A DNA stretch of 64,000 nt from positions 71,093-135,092 of the forward strand of contig JAQTQQ010000003.1 of NCBI GenBank assembly GCA_028712175.1. The letters are read 5' to 3'. Source of the DNA: Candidatus Omnitrophota bacterium (GTDB lineage: Bacteria; Omnitrophota; Gorgyraeia; Gygaellales; Profunditerraquicolaceae). Below, one piece after another: positions 63,847 through 64,000 of the stretch. The number at the start of each line of letters is the position of its first letter. Position 1 is the first letter of the stretch. The position numbers were made by a program, and so were the translations under genes. Under the pieces are notes generated by a model. That model was not told where the DNA came from, ran no database searches, and was given only the letters and a program-made list of their open reading frames with translations.

Positions 63847-64000
63847 ATGCGCAGGCGAATTGTTCTACTTATTCTTGCCGTTATATTTATTGCCGGTTGT
63901 TCAATGTCTCCTGCTAAAGGTAAAAAACCTTTTTGGGCGCGCGATTATATCGAAGAAAATGATACCTTTGTGCATTTAGACGGCGGCTTAGAAGGTTCCT
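63847..64000 (+). CDS. Lipoprotein, 3' truncated by window end
   Basis: GGAGG RBS. MRRRIVLLILAVIFIAGCSMS lipobox. Confidence 0.4.
   Translation, partial: MRRRIVLLILAVIFIAGCSMSPAKGKKPFWARDYIEENDTFVHLDGGLEGS

Overview
This is a 64 kb bacterial chromosomal window, about 40% GC. Almost all genes are on the + strand, in long operon-like runs with frequent 1-10 nt overlaps. A BtuB/TonB pair implies a diderm organism. The taxon cannot be assigned from sequence alone.

Gene content, in order:
- The end of the spc/alpha ribosomal operon: secY (3' part), adk, map, infA, rpmJ, rpsM, rpsK, rpsD, rpoA and rplQ.
- A branched-chain/2-oxoacid block: aminotransferase, LeuC-like, LeuD-like, LeuB-like, mdh, lpd-like, and a free lipoyl domain. 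A pilT ATPase is wedged between leuC and leuD.
- A glycolipid/envelope block: GT28, LpxL-like acyltransferase and GT2.
- A corrinoid adenosyltransferase (cobO).
- A cobalamin riboswitch followed by a BtuB-like TonB-dependent receptor and TonB.
- rpsU followed by a Memo-like gene, then aroQ, efp, accBC and pfkA.
- Heptose genes (gmhA/hldE), thiamine genes (thiE/thiC), tRNA-Gly(CCC), aroB and gpmA.
- An ABC-F ATPase, Eda and HMGL-like aldolases, cstA, and many lipoproteins.
- Three PilZ and two HD-GYP proteins, which are c-di-GMP signalling components.

The most interesting locus is a compact, apparently undescribed RiPP-like cluster at about 18.1-22.6 kb. It contains a PF14907-type nucleotidyltransferase, a 59-aa Cys-containing precursor ORF with a PqqA-like leader and a C-terminal Ser, an HPr-kinase-like Ser kinase homolog, and a PqqD(RRE)-radical SAM-SPASM fusion. 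The precursor ORF is absent from the ORF track because it falls below the 60-aa cutoff.

Other notable signals:
- Near-perfect sigma70 consensus promoters (TTGACA-17-TAnnnT) upstream of several operons.
- A family of intrinsic terminators that share a GGGGACG stem.
- A (GAGCTAM)n heptamer array and a related palindromic element, each just upstream of a consensus promoter.
- A split AmmeMemoRadiSam system.
- A thiE N-domain/thiE frame split.
- A perfect 111-nt tandem duplication inside a Gly/Pro-rich secreted protein gene.
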